From an uncultured Alphaproteobacteria bacterium (GTDB lineage Bacteria > Pseudomonadota > Alphaproteobacteria > Caulobacterales > Hyphomonadaceae), in NCBI GenBank assembly GCA_963738625.1, contig CAVTXH010000003.1:196110-260109 (forward strand): DNA of 64,000 bases, in the 5' to 3' direction. Below the pieces are notes generated by a model. The model made no database searches, had not been told where the DNA came from, and saw only the letters and a program-made list of their open reading frames with translations. Within the stretch, counting starts at the first letter, position 1. Every line of letters begins with the position of its first letter. Both the position numbers and the translations under genes were made by a program. This document shows, piece by piece, positions 1 through 10,512 of the stretch.

Positions 1-1
1 C

Positions 2-1657
2 TCCGACGGCCGCGCCGACGAACTCGCGCGCTCGGTCATCCTGTTCAAGGACCCGAAGGCGGCCGACGCCCTGCTGCAGAAGCTGCAGACCGTGACGGCC
101 GCGGACATACAGCGCGTCGCCAAGTCGATCATGGACGATGCGAAGTCCGTCACCCTCCGCTACCTGCCGGAGGACTTGCAGAAAGGCGCGGCCGAGGCGG
201 CCTTCGCCGACGCTCCCACCATACAGGCGACCAAGGTCGACATCCCGGCCTCGGAAGTCCCCACCTACACCCTGGCCGCGGAGGGCTCGCGCGTGCGGCC
301 GCCTGCAGCAGGAGCCGCCGTCGCGGCGAAAGTCCCGGGCGCTGCCGAGAAGACGATGGCCAACGGCCTGCGCGTGATCGTCGCCACCAAGCCGGGCCTG
401 CCGCTGGTCAGCGCCAGCCTGCGCCTGTCGGCCGGATCGGCGCTCGATCCCAAGGACAAGGCCGGCCTCGCCACCATGACCGCCGACCTTGCGACGCGCG
501 GCACTGAGACCCGCTCGGCCACCGAGATCTCGCGCCAGATCGAAAGCCTCGGCGCATCGCTGAACGCCGGCGCCGGCGCGGATGCTACGGACGTTTCGGT
601 CTCGGCCCGCTCGGACAACGCCAAGGACGTTTTCGCCATTCTGGCGGACGTCGTGCAGAATCCGGCCTTCGCCGCCGAGGAGCTGGATCGCGCCAAGCAG
701 GAAACGCTTGACGGCCTGATGGTGTCGCTGCGCCAGCCCCGCGCCATCGGCACATTCGCAATGAACCGCGCGCTCTACGGCGATGGCCCCTATGGCGGCA
801 CGCCCTCGCCAAAATCGATCGGCGCTCTGACCCAGGAAGACATCGCCCGCTTCCAGAAAGCCAACTGGCGACCGGACAACGCGGTCCTCGTGATCGCGGG
901 CGACATTTCGGCCGACGCGGGCTTTGCGCTGGCTGAAAGCTCGCTCGGCTCGTGGGCCAAGCCGGAAACGGCGCCGCCCGCCACGACCGCCGGAGCGGCC
1001 ACGGCCAGCAAGGCCGGCGCGATCGCCATTGACGTGCCGCAGATCGGGCAGGCCGCCGTCTTCCTGGGCCGCACCGGCCCGGCGCGCACGGCGGCGGACT
1101 ATTTCCCGACCCTGGTCGCCAACAACGTGCTCGGCGGCGGCTATTCGGCCCGGCTCAATGCGGAGATCCGCATCAAGCGCGGCCTCTCCTACGGCGCCAA
1201 CGCCAGCCTTGCCTCGCGCAAGGAGGGTGCGCCGATCGTTGCTGTGGCCCAGACCCGCAACGACGCCGTGCCGCAGGTGATCGACCTGATGGCGGCGGAG
1301 TTCAAGCGCCTGGGCGATCAGCCAATCCCCGCCGCCGAACTCGACGCCCGCAAGGCTGTGCTGATCGGCGGCTTCGGGCGTTCGGTTGAAACAACAGGCG
1401 GGCTTGCCGGCCAGCTCTCGGCCCTCGCCCAGTTCGGCCTGCCGCTCGACAAGCTGCAGACCTATTCGGCGGATGTCGGCGCCGTCACGGCCGAGCAGGC
1501 CGCGGCGGCTGCGAAAGCCCACTACGATCCGGCCAACGCCTTCCTGATCGTGGTCGGCGACGCCAAGCAGTTCTGGAACGCCATCAAGGGCAAGCGCGCC
1601 GGGTTCGAGAGGATCGACATCGGCAAGCTCAATCTCGACTCGGCGACCCTGAAGTAG
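2..1657 (+). CDS. M16 (pitrilysin/insulinase) family peptidase, C-terminal part; the 5' end lies upstream of the window
   Basis: The frame is open from nt 2 (SDGRADELARSVILFKDPKAA...) into the listed 92..1657 ORF. The translation shows an M16 half-domain pattern (NGLRVIVATKPGLPLVSASLRLSAGSALDP, GLATMTADLATRGT, NAVLVIAGDIS) and has high GC3. Confidence 0.8.
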   Translation, partial: SDGRADELARSVILFKDPKAADALLQKLQTVTAADIQRVAKSIMDDAKSVTLRYLPEDLQKGAAEAAFADAPTIQATKVDIPASEVPTYTLAAEGSRVRPPAAGAAVAAKVPGAAEKTMANGLRVIVATKPGLPLVSASLRLSAGSALDPKDKAGLATMTADLATRGTETRSATEISRQIESLGASLNAGAGADATDVSVSARSDNAKDVFAILADVVQNPAFAAEELDRAKQETLDGLMVSLRQPRAIGTFAMNRALYGDGPYGGTPSPKSIGALTQEDIARFQKANWRPDNAVLVIAGDISADAGFALAESSLGSWAKPETAPPATTAGAATASKAGAIAIDVPQIGQAAVFLGRTGPARTAADYFPTLVANNVLGGGYSARLNAEIRIKRGLSYGANASLASRKEGAPIVAVAQTRNDAVPQVIDLMAAEFKRLGDQPIPAAELDARKAVLIGGFGRSVETTGGLAGQLSALAQFGLPLDKLQTYSADVGAVTAEQAAAAAKAHYDPANAFLIVVGDAKQFWNAIKGKRAGFERIDIGKLNLDSATLK

Positions 1658-1691
1658 GACTATTCGGCCTCGCATCCGTTGGGAGAATGCG

Positions 1692-1874
1692 ATGGCCGAT
1701 CCAGGACAGGTGAAGCCCAACGTCCGCGAGGCCGTGCCGTTCTTCGGCGTCATGGACATGGCCGCGTCGCTGCGGTTCTACGTCGATGGCCTCGGCTTCG
1801 CGATGACCAACTCCTGGCGGCCTGATGGGCCGGATAGAGTGCGCTGGTGTTCGCTGCGGCTCGGCGACGCCTGA
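1692..1874 (+). pseudogene. Truncated glyoxalase/bleomycin-resistance (VOC) family fragment, about the N-terminal half only
   Basis: The 60-aa ORF begins like a VOC protein (AVPFFGVMDMAASLRFYVDGLGFAM...VRWCSLRLGDA) and then hits a stop. I could not find the rest of the domain in any downstream frame. Confidence 0.5.
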
Positions 1875-1962
1875 GGAAACCGAGTACGATCCGGCGGCGC
1901 ATGGATAGTCCGACAACCGTCCACGTTTTGGCGAAACGGCCGAATTGAGCTAGTTTCCAGTC

Positions 1963-2568
1963 ATGGCAGACGATCAGCGCCCTTCCGCCAAGTCCGCGAG
2001 CATAGAGAAGCCGCATCCTGCGCGCTTCGCACCCGAGGAGTTCGATCTCCTGATCGAGTCGGGAGTCGCAGCAAAACTTGGCCGGGTGGAACTTCGCCGG
2101 GGGGAAATCTATCGGATGAATGCGCAGCACGCTCCGCACGCAAGGATGCGGTTCAAGCTCGCACGTCTGCTTTGCGACGCAGCGGGCAAGCTCAGTCCGG
2201 ATCTGGAAGTCTTGGATGAGGTAACCGTCGGATTCGGCGAATTCATGCCTCTCCCGGACATCGTCCTGTTTAACAGCCCTGTGTCCCGGGGCGCGATTCC
2301 AGCACAGGGCGTTCGACTTATCGTTGAAGTCGCAGACACCACAGCAGCGGACGATCTTGGACCCAAGCGCGATCTCTATGCCGAGGCCGGCTTGGTGGAG
2401 TACTGGGTCGTCGATATGACGTCAGCCGTCATTCTCCAGTATGCTGATCCTGTCGATGGCGCCTTCACGCGCTCCCGCACCGTCCGCCGCGGCGAGACGG
2501 TCGAGTCGCTGATCCTCGCGGGCCTGAATATCGAAACTGCCGGTCTGCCCTGGGATATCGAAGGCTAG
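1963..2568 (+). CDS. Uma2 family (DUF820) putative restriction-like endonuclease
   Basis: Characteristic motifs are present: PDIVLF..., RLIVEVADTTAADDLGPKRDLYAEAGLVEYWVVD (the E-V..D...K..Y...G..EYW-V-D pattern). Confidence 0.8.
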   Translation: MADDQRPSAKSASIEKPHPARFAPEEFDLLIESGVAAKLGRVELRRGEIYRMNAQHAPHARMRFKLARLLCDAAGKLSPDLEVLDEVTVGFGEFMPLPDIVLFNSPVSRGAIPAQGVRLIVEVADTTAADDLGPKRDLYAEAGLVEYWVVDMTSAVILQYADPVDGAFTRSRTVRRGETVESLILAGLNIETAGLPWDIEG

Positions 2569-2846
2569 ACCAGCGCGACGCCGCCAAATCGTACCGCCGC
2601 TGCAATGGCGAGCAGGGCGAACAGAATGATCGCAGCGGCGATCAGCATTGTGACAAGCCGGGCCTTTGAGATGCCTATCTCGGCCATAGGATCGAGGAAA
2701 TAGCTGCGAACGGTGGGCGGCTCGACAGTCTCCTTCAGGAACCAGGGCGCAAGCCGGCCTGCGATCCAGAGAGCAGTGACGGTCAAGACAAGGCTTGCAG
2801 AAAAAAGCGCAAGCGCCGGGAACACCAGATCGCCCACCCCGCTCAT
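2565..2846 (-). CDS. Small hypothetical membrane protein (two hydrophobic helices)
   Basis: The 93-aa ORF has two TM-like stretches (LVFPALALFSASLVLTVTALWIAG; LVTMLIAAAIILFALLAIAAA). Its stop overlaps the Uma2 stop by 4 nt, tail to tail. Confidence 0.5.
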   Translation of the reverse strand: MSGVGDLVFPALALFSASLVLTVTALWIAGRLAPWFLKETVEPPTVRSYFLDPMAEIGISKARLVTMLIAAAIILFALLAIAAAVRFGGVALV

Positions 2847-2945
2847 ATCGATTCAGCCTCCAGCCCATTCCCCAGTTAGAGGTGATTCATCCCGCCACTG
2901 CCGTCAAACGTCTTATCGCCGCAACCGCACGCCGGAGCGCTTTTC

Positions 2946-4232
<1,287 letters not shown>

Positions 4233-4300
4233 TCAACGGATTTTGTATATGTCGTTGTTTCGTCTAGGTTCGCCCGAGTCGGGACCACTCAGGAGACGGC

Positions 4301-4883
4301 ATGACCAAGGGGCGGCTGGAAGCCTTCAGCGACGGCGTGCTGGCGATCATCATCACCATCATGGTGCTGGAGCTGAAAGTCCCGCATGAGTCGAGCCCCG
4401 AGGCGCTGCTCGCGCTCTGGCCAGTGTTCTCCAGCTATGTTCTCAGCTTCATCTATGTCGGCATCTACTGGAACAACCACCACCATTTGTTCCATGCCGT
4501 CCAGCATGTCCGGGGCGGCGTGCTGTGGGCCAACCTTCACCTGCTGTTCTGGCTCTCGATCGTGCCGTTCGTGACCGGATGGATGGGCGAGAATCGATTT
4601 CGCCCGCTGGCCGGTCTTCTTTTACGGCGTCGTGCTTCTGTGCTGCGCCATGGCCTTCAACATCCTGCTGCGCTTCCTGCTGGCGGCGAACGGCCCGGAC
4701 TCCCTGCTGGCCAAGGCGGTCGGCAATGACTGGAAGGGCAACATTTCGCTGGCGATCTATGTCCTGGCGCTCGGGCTCAACTTCATCTACCCGCTGCTCA
4801 GCATCGCATGTTATGTGACCGTCGCGGTAATCTGGTTCATCCCCGACAAGCGGATCGAGAGGGTGCTGCACAACAAGCGCTGA
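4301..4883 (+). pseudogene. TMEM175-family (DUF1211) potassium channel gene interrupted by a +1 frameshift near nt 4598-4602
   Basis: ORF 4301.. reads RLEAFSDGVLAIIITIMVLEL...WMGENRF and then turns Arg/Pro-rich. The homologous continuation (F)ARWPVFFYGVVLLCCAMAFNILLRFLL...IWFIPDKR is in the frame of ORF 4632..4883. One extra base in the context cgatttCgcc explains the shift. Confidence 0.75.
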
Positions 4884-4933
4884 GCCCGATCCGCCGCCTT
4901 GCGACGCCCATGTGATCGAACCTGGCCCCGAAC

Positions 4934-7249
4934 CTATTCCGGCGCGCCGCCCGGTCCCAGCTGCCGCGCGAGATAAACGTAGTGGAGCGCCCAGCGTTTC
5001 GAATTCAGCACTGGATCAGAATCATTGGAGTGCCCGCCGTCGGTGTTCTCATAATACAGCGCCGGGAATCCCATTTTCTGCAGCTTCGCTGCGAACTTGC
5101 GCGCGTGTCCGGGATGCACCCGGTCGTCGCGCGTGTTGGTGGTGATGTAGACTTCCGGATATTTCGCACCTTCCCGGATGTTCTGGTAGGCGGAGTACTT
5201 CGCGATGAACCCCGCCTCCGCCGCGATGCGCGGATCGCCGTACTCGCCGATCCATGACGCGCCCGGCGGCAGCTCGTGATAGCGCAGCATGTCGACCAGC
5301 GGGCTTTCGATCACCGCCCCGCCGATCAGTTCGGGATGCTGAGTCAGCGTCACCGACGTCAGCACGCCGCCGTTGGAGCGGCCATAGATGCCCAGATGCT
5401 CCGCCGAGGTGATCTTGCGATGTGCGAGATCCGCAGCCACCGCCGCGAAATCGTCGAACGCCCGCTGTCGGTTGGCCTTCAGCGCCGCCTGGTGCCAGGC
5501 CGGGCCGAACTCCCCGCCGCCCCGGATGTTGGCGAGCACATAGGCGCCGCCGCGCTCCAGCCACAGCTTGCCGAGTTCGGGTTTGTAGGCCGGCGGATAG
5601 GACACTTGGAAGCCGCCATAGCCGAACATAAGCGTTGGCGTCGACCCATCCAGCGGCGCATCTTTCAGGCGCACGACGAAGTACGGAACCTTCGTCCCGT
5701 CCGAAGATGTCGCTTCGAACTGCTCGACCACGTGCCGGGATGCATCGAACCGCTCCGGCGACTGCCGTAGGACCTCCGCGGTGATGGAGTTCGCATTGGC
5801 GAGGCTGAGTGTCGATGGCGTCAGGAACCCCTCGTGCGTGTAGAAGATGCGGCCTGTCTGCCGGCTGGCCGAACCGAGATGGATCGCGGAATTCGCCGGC
5901 GCAGGCAGCGCCGTCTCCACCCACCCGGCGGTTTCGTCCTTGTCGCTGAACACCGACACGCGGCCGCGCACATTGTCATAAACCGACGCGACGAGCCGGT
6001 CGTCGAACACCGCGACCTCTTCGAGGGATTGCCGCGCCGTCGGCTCGAAAACCGAGGTGTCGGCATTCGTCATGACCAGCCCAACGCCGGGCGGCGGCGG
6101 ACGGAGCAGGCGCATGCCCACCGCCATAAGCGCGCCCGCGCCTACCTTCTTGATGTTGTTGGGCGCCCACGGCTCCTCGACCGTGAATACCAGCCTCGGC
6201 GCCGCATCGGCTGATCCGCCCCCCAGAGCGCCACGGATAGTGACGCGTTCCGGCAGCGCCAGCTTCACTGGTTTGCCCTCGACGATCTCCCACGTTTCCG
6301 ATCGGAACGTGTCCAGCGGCCGCGACACCAGCACCGCTAGCACTTTGCCTGCGCCATCGCGCAGAACGTAGGGGTCGACGCCATAGCCGCCATCCTTGGC
6401 GGCGCCGCTGTAAAGCGTCTTCGCGGTTGCCAGCTCCTCGCCGCGCGCCAGCGTCTTTACGATGAACGGATAGCCGCTTTCGGTCAGCGATCCCTCGCCG
6501 AAATCGGTTGCAACCAAGAGCGTGTCCTGGTTCAGCCATGCAAGACGATGCTTGCCCTCGGGCAGCTTGAACCCATTGCGGACGAAGCGCTTTTCCGCCG
6601 TGTCGTATTCGCGAACGACAACGGCGTCCTTGCCGCCGTCCGACAGGCTAACCAGGCAGAGCTTTTCCTCAGGCGCGAGGCAGTCTGCGCCTTTGTAGAT
6701 CCAGTTCTTCTTTTCCGATTTCGCCAACGCGTCGATGTCAAGCACCGTCTGCCATTTCGGCTTGTCTTCGCGATAGCTTTCCAGCGTCGCCCGCCGCCAA
6801 ACGCCGCGCACGCTTTTCTGGTCCTGCCAAAAATTGTTGATGGCGTCGCCGCGGAAATTCGGCGTCGGAATCCGGTCCTGCGCCGTCAGAATCGCCAGCG
6901 CCTCCTTGCGGAACGCCTCATAGCGCGGGTCTTTTTCCAGAATCGCGGCAGTCTTCTTGTTCTCCTCGCGCACCCATTTCAAGGCGCGCTCGCCATTCAC
7001 TTCCTCCAGCCAGAGAAAGTCGTCGCCCGACTTCACGGCTTCGGGAGACAGGTTCGCCTGCGGAGATACGACCGGCGTCGGCGCAACCGGCGCCGCGGGA
7101 GCTGGCGGCGTTGCAGACGCTGCGACAGCGGCCGCCACTACGTTTTCCTCGCCGGCTGTCTCGCATGCGGCGCAGGCCAGCAGCGCGACGGCGAAGGTGA
7201 ATCGGGCTGTCAGACAGGCCAAATCTCTCTCCCTGATCTCCTCGCTCAT
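4934..7249 (-). CDS. S9 family prolyl oligopeptidase-like serine peptidase, probable lipoprotein or secreted
   Basis: The C-terminal catalytic domain shows GGGEFGPAWHQAAL, GIYGRSNGGVL (GxSxGG) and DDRVHPGHARKF. The N-terminus carries a hydrophobic signal with LLACAAC. Confidence 0.85.
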   Translation of the reverse strand: MSEEIRERDLACLTARFTFAVALLACAACETAGEENVVAAAVAASATPPAPAAPVAPTPVVSPQANLSPEAVKSGDDFLWLEEVNGERALKWVREENKKTAAILEKDPRYEAFRKEALAILTAQDRIPTPNFRGDAINNFWQDQKSVRGVWRRATLESYREDKPKWQTVLDIDALAKSEKKNWIYKGADCLAPEEKLCLVSLSDGGKDAVVVREYDTAEKRFVRNGFKLPEGKHRLAWLNQDTLLVATDFGEGSLTESGYPFIVKTLARGEELATAKTLYSGAAKDGGYGVDPYVLRDGAGKVLAVLVSRPLDTFRSETWEIVEGKPVKLALPERVTIRGALGGGSADAAPRLVFTVEEPWAPNNIKKVGAGALMAVGMRLLRPPPPGVGLVMTNADTSVFEPTARQSLEEVAVFDDRLVASVYDNVRGRVSVFSDKDETAGWVETALPAPANSAIHLGSASRQTGRIFYTHEGFLTPSTLSLANANSITAEVLRQSPERFDASRHVVEQFEATSSDGTKVPYFVVRLKDAPLDGSTPTLMFGYGGFQVSYPPAYKPELGKLWLERGGAYVLANIRGGGEFGPAWHQAALKANRQRAFDDFAAVAADLAHRKITSAEHLGIYGRSNGGVLTSVTLTQHPELIGGAVIESPLVDMLRYHELPPGASWIGEYGDPRIAAEAGFIAKYSAYQNIREGAKYPEVYITTNTRDDRVHPGHARKFAAKLQKMGFPALYYENTDGGHSNDSDPVLNSKRWALHYVYLARQLGPGGAPE

Positions 7250-7468
7250 CCGTTCGAGAAGGTTACGTTTCCGCCAGAAACTAGCTCATGCCGCTGCTAG
7301 CACAACACCCGCGCGTGCGCCGCTCTTAACGCCTCGCTCCATCCCGCCACAATCGCCGCCGCGCCGCCGCAGTCGCCGCCACAACGTCACCGCGCCAGCA
7401 AACGCCGGACGACGTCACACTGTTGTGTGCGGTTCATCGGGCGCCTCAGGGGGGCGGCCACCCCGGGG

Positions 7469-9769
7469 ATGGAACAGATGAGCACCCTCACAATGTATGT
7501 CGACCGCGCGCGCCCCGCACTCGCAGGCGCGCTCCTTGCCGCAACGGCCCTCAGCCCTGCGGCTTTCGCCCAGCAGCCGCAGCGCGACGGCACGATCAGC
7601 AAGGCCGAAGTATCCTCCGGCTCCCTGCTGCTGCAATCCGCAACGCCTGGCCGCTATGTCGAGGCGCCGCTTGTGGCGGCCGACGTGAAGATGGACATCG
7701 CCGGTCCGGTCATCCGCACCCGGCTCACCCAGCGCTTCACCAACCCCACGGACAAGTGGGTCGAAGGCGTCTACGCCTTTCCGCTGCCGGAAGATGCGGC
7801 CGTCGATACGCTGCGTGTCATCATCGGCGACCGCTTCATCGAAGGCGACATCAAGGAGCGCAAGGAAGCCCGCATCATCTACGAGCGCGCCGCCGCCGCC
7901 GGCCAGAAAGCGGGCCTGGTGGAGGAAGAGCGCCCGAACCTGTTCACCACGTCTCTGGCCAATATCGGTCCCGGCGAGACGGTCGCCATCCAGATCGAAT
8001 TCCAGGACAAGGCCCGCCTCGACAACGGCGTCTGGTCGACGCGTTTTCCGCTGGTCATCGGCCCGCGCTATATCCCCGGTCCTGTGACACCAGCGCTCGT
8101 TGCGGACGTTTCCGGCCGCATTGGCGTCGGCCTCAGCAATCCACGCGTGCCTGACGCCGCGCGCATCACGCCGCCCGTCCTCCATCCCGCGCACGAGCCT
8201 TCCGGGCCGGAAGGCCTGCGCCTGCCGGTGCATTTCGACATCTCGCTCGAAGCCGGCGTGCCGCTGTCCTCGATCACCTCGCAGACCCACTCTCTCGACG
8301 TCGCCCGGCCCGACGATGCCAGCGCGCACATAACGCTGCGCGACGGCGAAGTGCCGGCCGACCGCGACTTTGTCCTCTCCTGGAAACCGGAGCCCATCGC
8401 CGCGCCGAAAGCCAGCCTGTTCCGTGAAGAACGCAATGGCGAGGAATTCCTGCTCGCCGTCATCAACCCGCCCGCGCTGAAGGTTGAAGGCCAGCGCCGA
8501 GACCGCGAGACGATCTTCGTTATCGACAACTCCGGGTCGATGTCCGGCGAAAGCATGGACCAGGCGAAGGAAGGTCTGCTGCTCGCGCTCAACCGGCTTG
8601 CGCCTACGGACGAGTTCAACATCATCCGCTTCGACGACACGATGGACATGCTGTTCACCGCCGCCGTCCCCGCGAGCGACCAGAACCTCGCCCGCGCCAA
8701 GCGCTTCGTCTCGAGCCTTGAGGCCAATGGCGGCACCGAAATGCTGCCCGCCCTGAAAGCCGCGCTTATCGACAACGACCGGAAGAACACCGAGGAAGTC
8801 CGCCAGGTCGTCTTCATCACCGACGGCGCCATCGGCAATGAGGATGAGCTCTTCTCGGCCATCCACGACAATCTCGGCCGGTCGCGTCTCTTTACCGTCG
8901 GTATCGGCTCGGCCCCCAACGGCTACTTCATGACGCGCGCCGCCCGCCAGGGCCGCGGCACGTTCACTTACATGGACGACGTCACCAAAGTCGCCGAGCA
9001 GTCGGAGAAACTCTTCGCCGCGCTCGAAAACCCGGTGATGACCGACCTGGAGGCCAAGCTGCCGCTCGCCACGTCCGACGCCTATCCCTCGCCGCTGCCG
9101 GATCTCTATGCCGGGGAGCCGGTGACGATGGTGATCCGCGCCGACCAGCTGAAGGGCGATCTCCAGCTCTCCGGCAAGCTCAACGGCAAGGTCTGGAACA
9201 CCACGCTGTCGCTCGCAGACGCCGCGCCCTCCAAAGGCATCGCGCAATTGTGGGCTCGCGCGAAGATCTCCGGCATCGAGGAAAGCCGCTATGCCGGCGT
9301 CACGATGGAAGCCGTCGACGCCAGCGTGCTCAAGACCGCGCTCGACTTCCATCTCGTCTCGCGCCTCACCAGCCTTGTCGCCGTCGACAAGACGCCGGCG
9401 CGGCCGGCGGGCGAGAAGCTCGACACGCGCCAGATCGCGACCATGCTGCCGAAAGGCTGGGACTTCGCCCATGTCTTCGGCCCCGAAGCAGAAGCGCGCG
9501 CCCTGCGCTTCGACCGGCTGCCCGACGGCGTGATGCAGAAGATCAATGCACGCGCCGCGAAGGAGCAGGTTCGCGACGAGGACGACAACTTGCCGCTGCC
9601 GGGCACGGCCAGCGCCTGGGAAATGATGCTCGCCTTCGGACTCACGCTCTTCCTGTTCGGCGCCGCGCTACTGCGCTCCGGACGATCCGCCATCGGCCTC
9701 CGGGGACAGGCTTCTACAGCCAGCGACGGGCAGGTGCGCGCAACGTCCGGTCGCAGACGCGCGAGGTAA
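7469..9769 (+). CDS. VIT + von Willebrand factor A domain protein with a C-terminal sorting signal (proteobacterial sortase target protein)
   Basis: The protein has a signal peptide (ALAGALLAATALSPAAFAQ), a VIT-like N-terminal region and a vWA MIDAS motif (IFVIDNSGSMSG...GGTEM...FITDGAIGNE). The C-terminus reads LPGTAS + hydrophobic helix + Arg-rich tail. The start is uncertain (GTG 7427, ATG 7469/7478/7493). Confidence 0.85.
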   Translation: MEQMSTLTMYVDRARPALAGALLAATALSPAAFAQQPQRDGTISKAEVSSGSLLLQSATPGRYVEAPLVAADVKMDIAGPVIRTRLTQRFTNPTDKWVEGVYAFPLPEDAAVDTLRVIIGDRFIEGDIKERKEARIIYERAAAAGQKAGLVEEERPNLFTTSLANIGPGETVAIQIEFQDKARLDNGVWSTRFPLVIGPRYIPGPVTPALVADVSGRIGVGLSNPRVPDAARITPPVLHPAHEPSGPEGLRLPVHFDISLEAGVPLSSITSQTHSLDVARPDDASAHITLRDGEVPADRDFVLSWKPEPIAAPKASLFREERNGEEFLLAVINPPALKVEGQRRDRETIFVIDNSGSMSGESMDQAKEGLLLALNRLAPTDEFNIIRFDDTMDMLFTAAVPASDQNLARAKRFVSSLEANGGTEMLPALKAALIDNDRKNTEEVRQVVFITDGAIGNEDELFSAIHDNLGRSRLFTVGIGSAPNGYFMTRAARQGRGTFTYMDDVTKVAEQSEKLFAALENPVMTDLEAKLPLATSDAYPSPLPDLYAGEPVTMVIRADQLKGDLQLSGKLNGKVWNTTLSLADAAPSKGIAQLWARAKISGIEESRYAGVTMEAVDASVLKTALDFHLVSRLTSLVAVDKTPARPAGEKLDTRQIATMLPKGWDFAHVFGPEAEARALRFDRLPDGVMQKINARAAKEQVRDEDDNLPLPGTASAWEMMLAFGLTLFLFGAALLRSGRSAIGLRGQASTASDGQVRATSGRRRAR
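9596..9610 (+). other. LPxTG-like sorting motif (LPGTA) of the sortase substrate
   Basis: Codons ctg ccg ggc acg gcc are followed by AWEMMLAFGLTLFLFGAALL and then RSGRS...RRRAR. Confidence 0.6.
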
Positions 9770-9775
9770 CGCCGA

Positions 9776-9816
9776 GAGCCCGCCCTCCCTCCAGCCGCTT
9801 CCGGGAGAGCGGGCTC
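9776..9816 (+). promoter_or_regulatory. Intercistronic stem-loop between the sortase-target and sortase genes
   Basis: gagcccgccctccc (9776-9789) pairs with gggagagcgggctc (9803-9816) as a 14 bp stem with one mismatch and a 13-nt loop. No U-tract follows. Confidence 0.4.
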
Positions 9817-9835
9817 GAATATCGGAGTATCAGAT

Positions 9836-10450
9836 ATGAGCCAGCTCCAGTCCTCCGCTCATGCCGAAAGCTGGAAACCATCCGGCCGATCCACGCGTTC
9901 TCTTTCAGCCCTCGCCATTCTCGTCGCGGGCGCGCTCATCGCCGCGCAGGCGCTGTTCATTCCGGCCAAGGCGCAAGTGGCCCAGATCCTCATGGCCAAC
10001 GCCTGGGAGCGCCAGCTCTCAACCGGCGATCCGGCGCGGCCCTGGCCGTGGGCGGACTTCACGCCGGCGGCCAAACTCGCCTTTCCCGCCCAGAAGAAAA
10101 CCGTGCTGGCGCTCACCGACGCCGCCGGCGAGAGCCTTGCCTTCGGCCCAACGCTGATGGCGGCCTCAGCTAAGCCCGGCCAGCGCGGTGTAGCCGTCTT
10201 CGCCGCCCATCGCGACACGCACTTTGCGTTTCTCGGCGATGTAAGATCCGGCGACCCGATCACCGTCGAGACGCCGGACGGCGCGAAAACCTTCCGCGTC
10301 TCGCACTCCGAAGTGGTCCGCTGGGACCAATCCGGCATCCAGCCCCACGACAACGGCCGGCCGCGCATCGCCCTGGTCACCTGCTGGCCGCTGGATGCAA
10401 AGATGCATGGGCCTATGCGCTACGTGGTGTGGGCCGAGTTGCAGGATTAG
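9836..10450 (+). CDS. Class GN (marine proteobacterial type) sortase
   Basis: The protein has an N-terminal TM anchor. Catalytic signatures are the His region VFAAHRDTHFAFL, the Cys motif IALVTCWP (TLxTC-like) and the Arg region MRYVVWAE. The gene lies directly downstream of the LPGTA-bearing protein. Confidence 0.85.
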   Translation: MSQLQSSAHAESWKPSGRSTRSLSALAILVAGALIAAQALFIPAKAQVAQILMANAWERQLSTGDPARPWPWADFTPAAKLAFPAQKKTVLALTDAAGESLAFGPTLMAASAKPGQRGVAVFAAHRDTHFAFLGDVRSGDPITVETPDGAKTFRVSHSEVVRWDQSGIQPHDNGRPRIALVTCWPLDAKMHGPMRYVVWAELQD

Positions 10451-10512
10451 GGCTGGCGGAAACCCTTCCCTCGCAAGCCCTCGCAAGCGGGAGAAGAGTT
10501 GCGCCTAGTCCG

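Noticed and set aside
7415-9472. 685-aa ORF on the minus strand
   Set aside because: It is antisense to the well-supported VIT/vWA gene. Its composition is dominated by Arg/Gly/Asp/His/Ala (RRR, GDG runs) with no recognisable motifs, as expected for a shadow ORF in GC-rich DNA.
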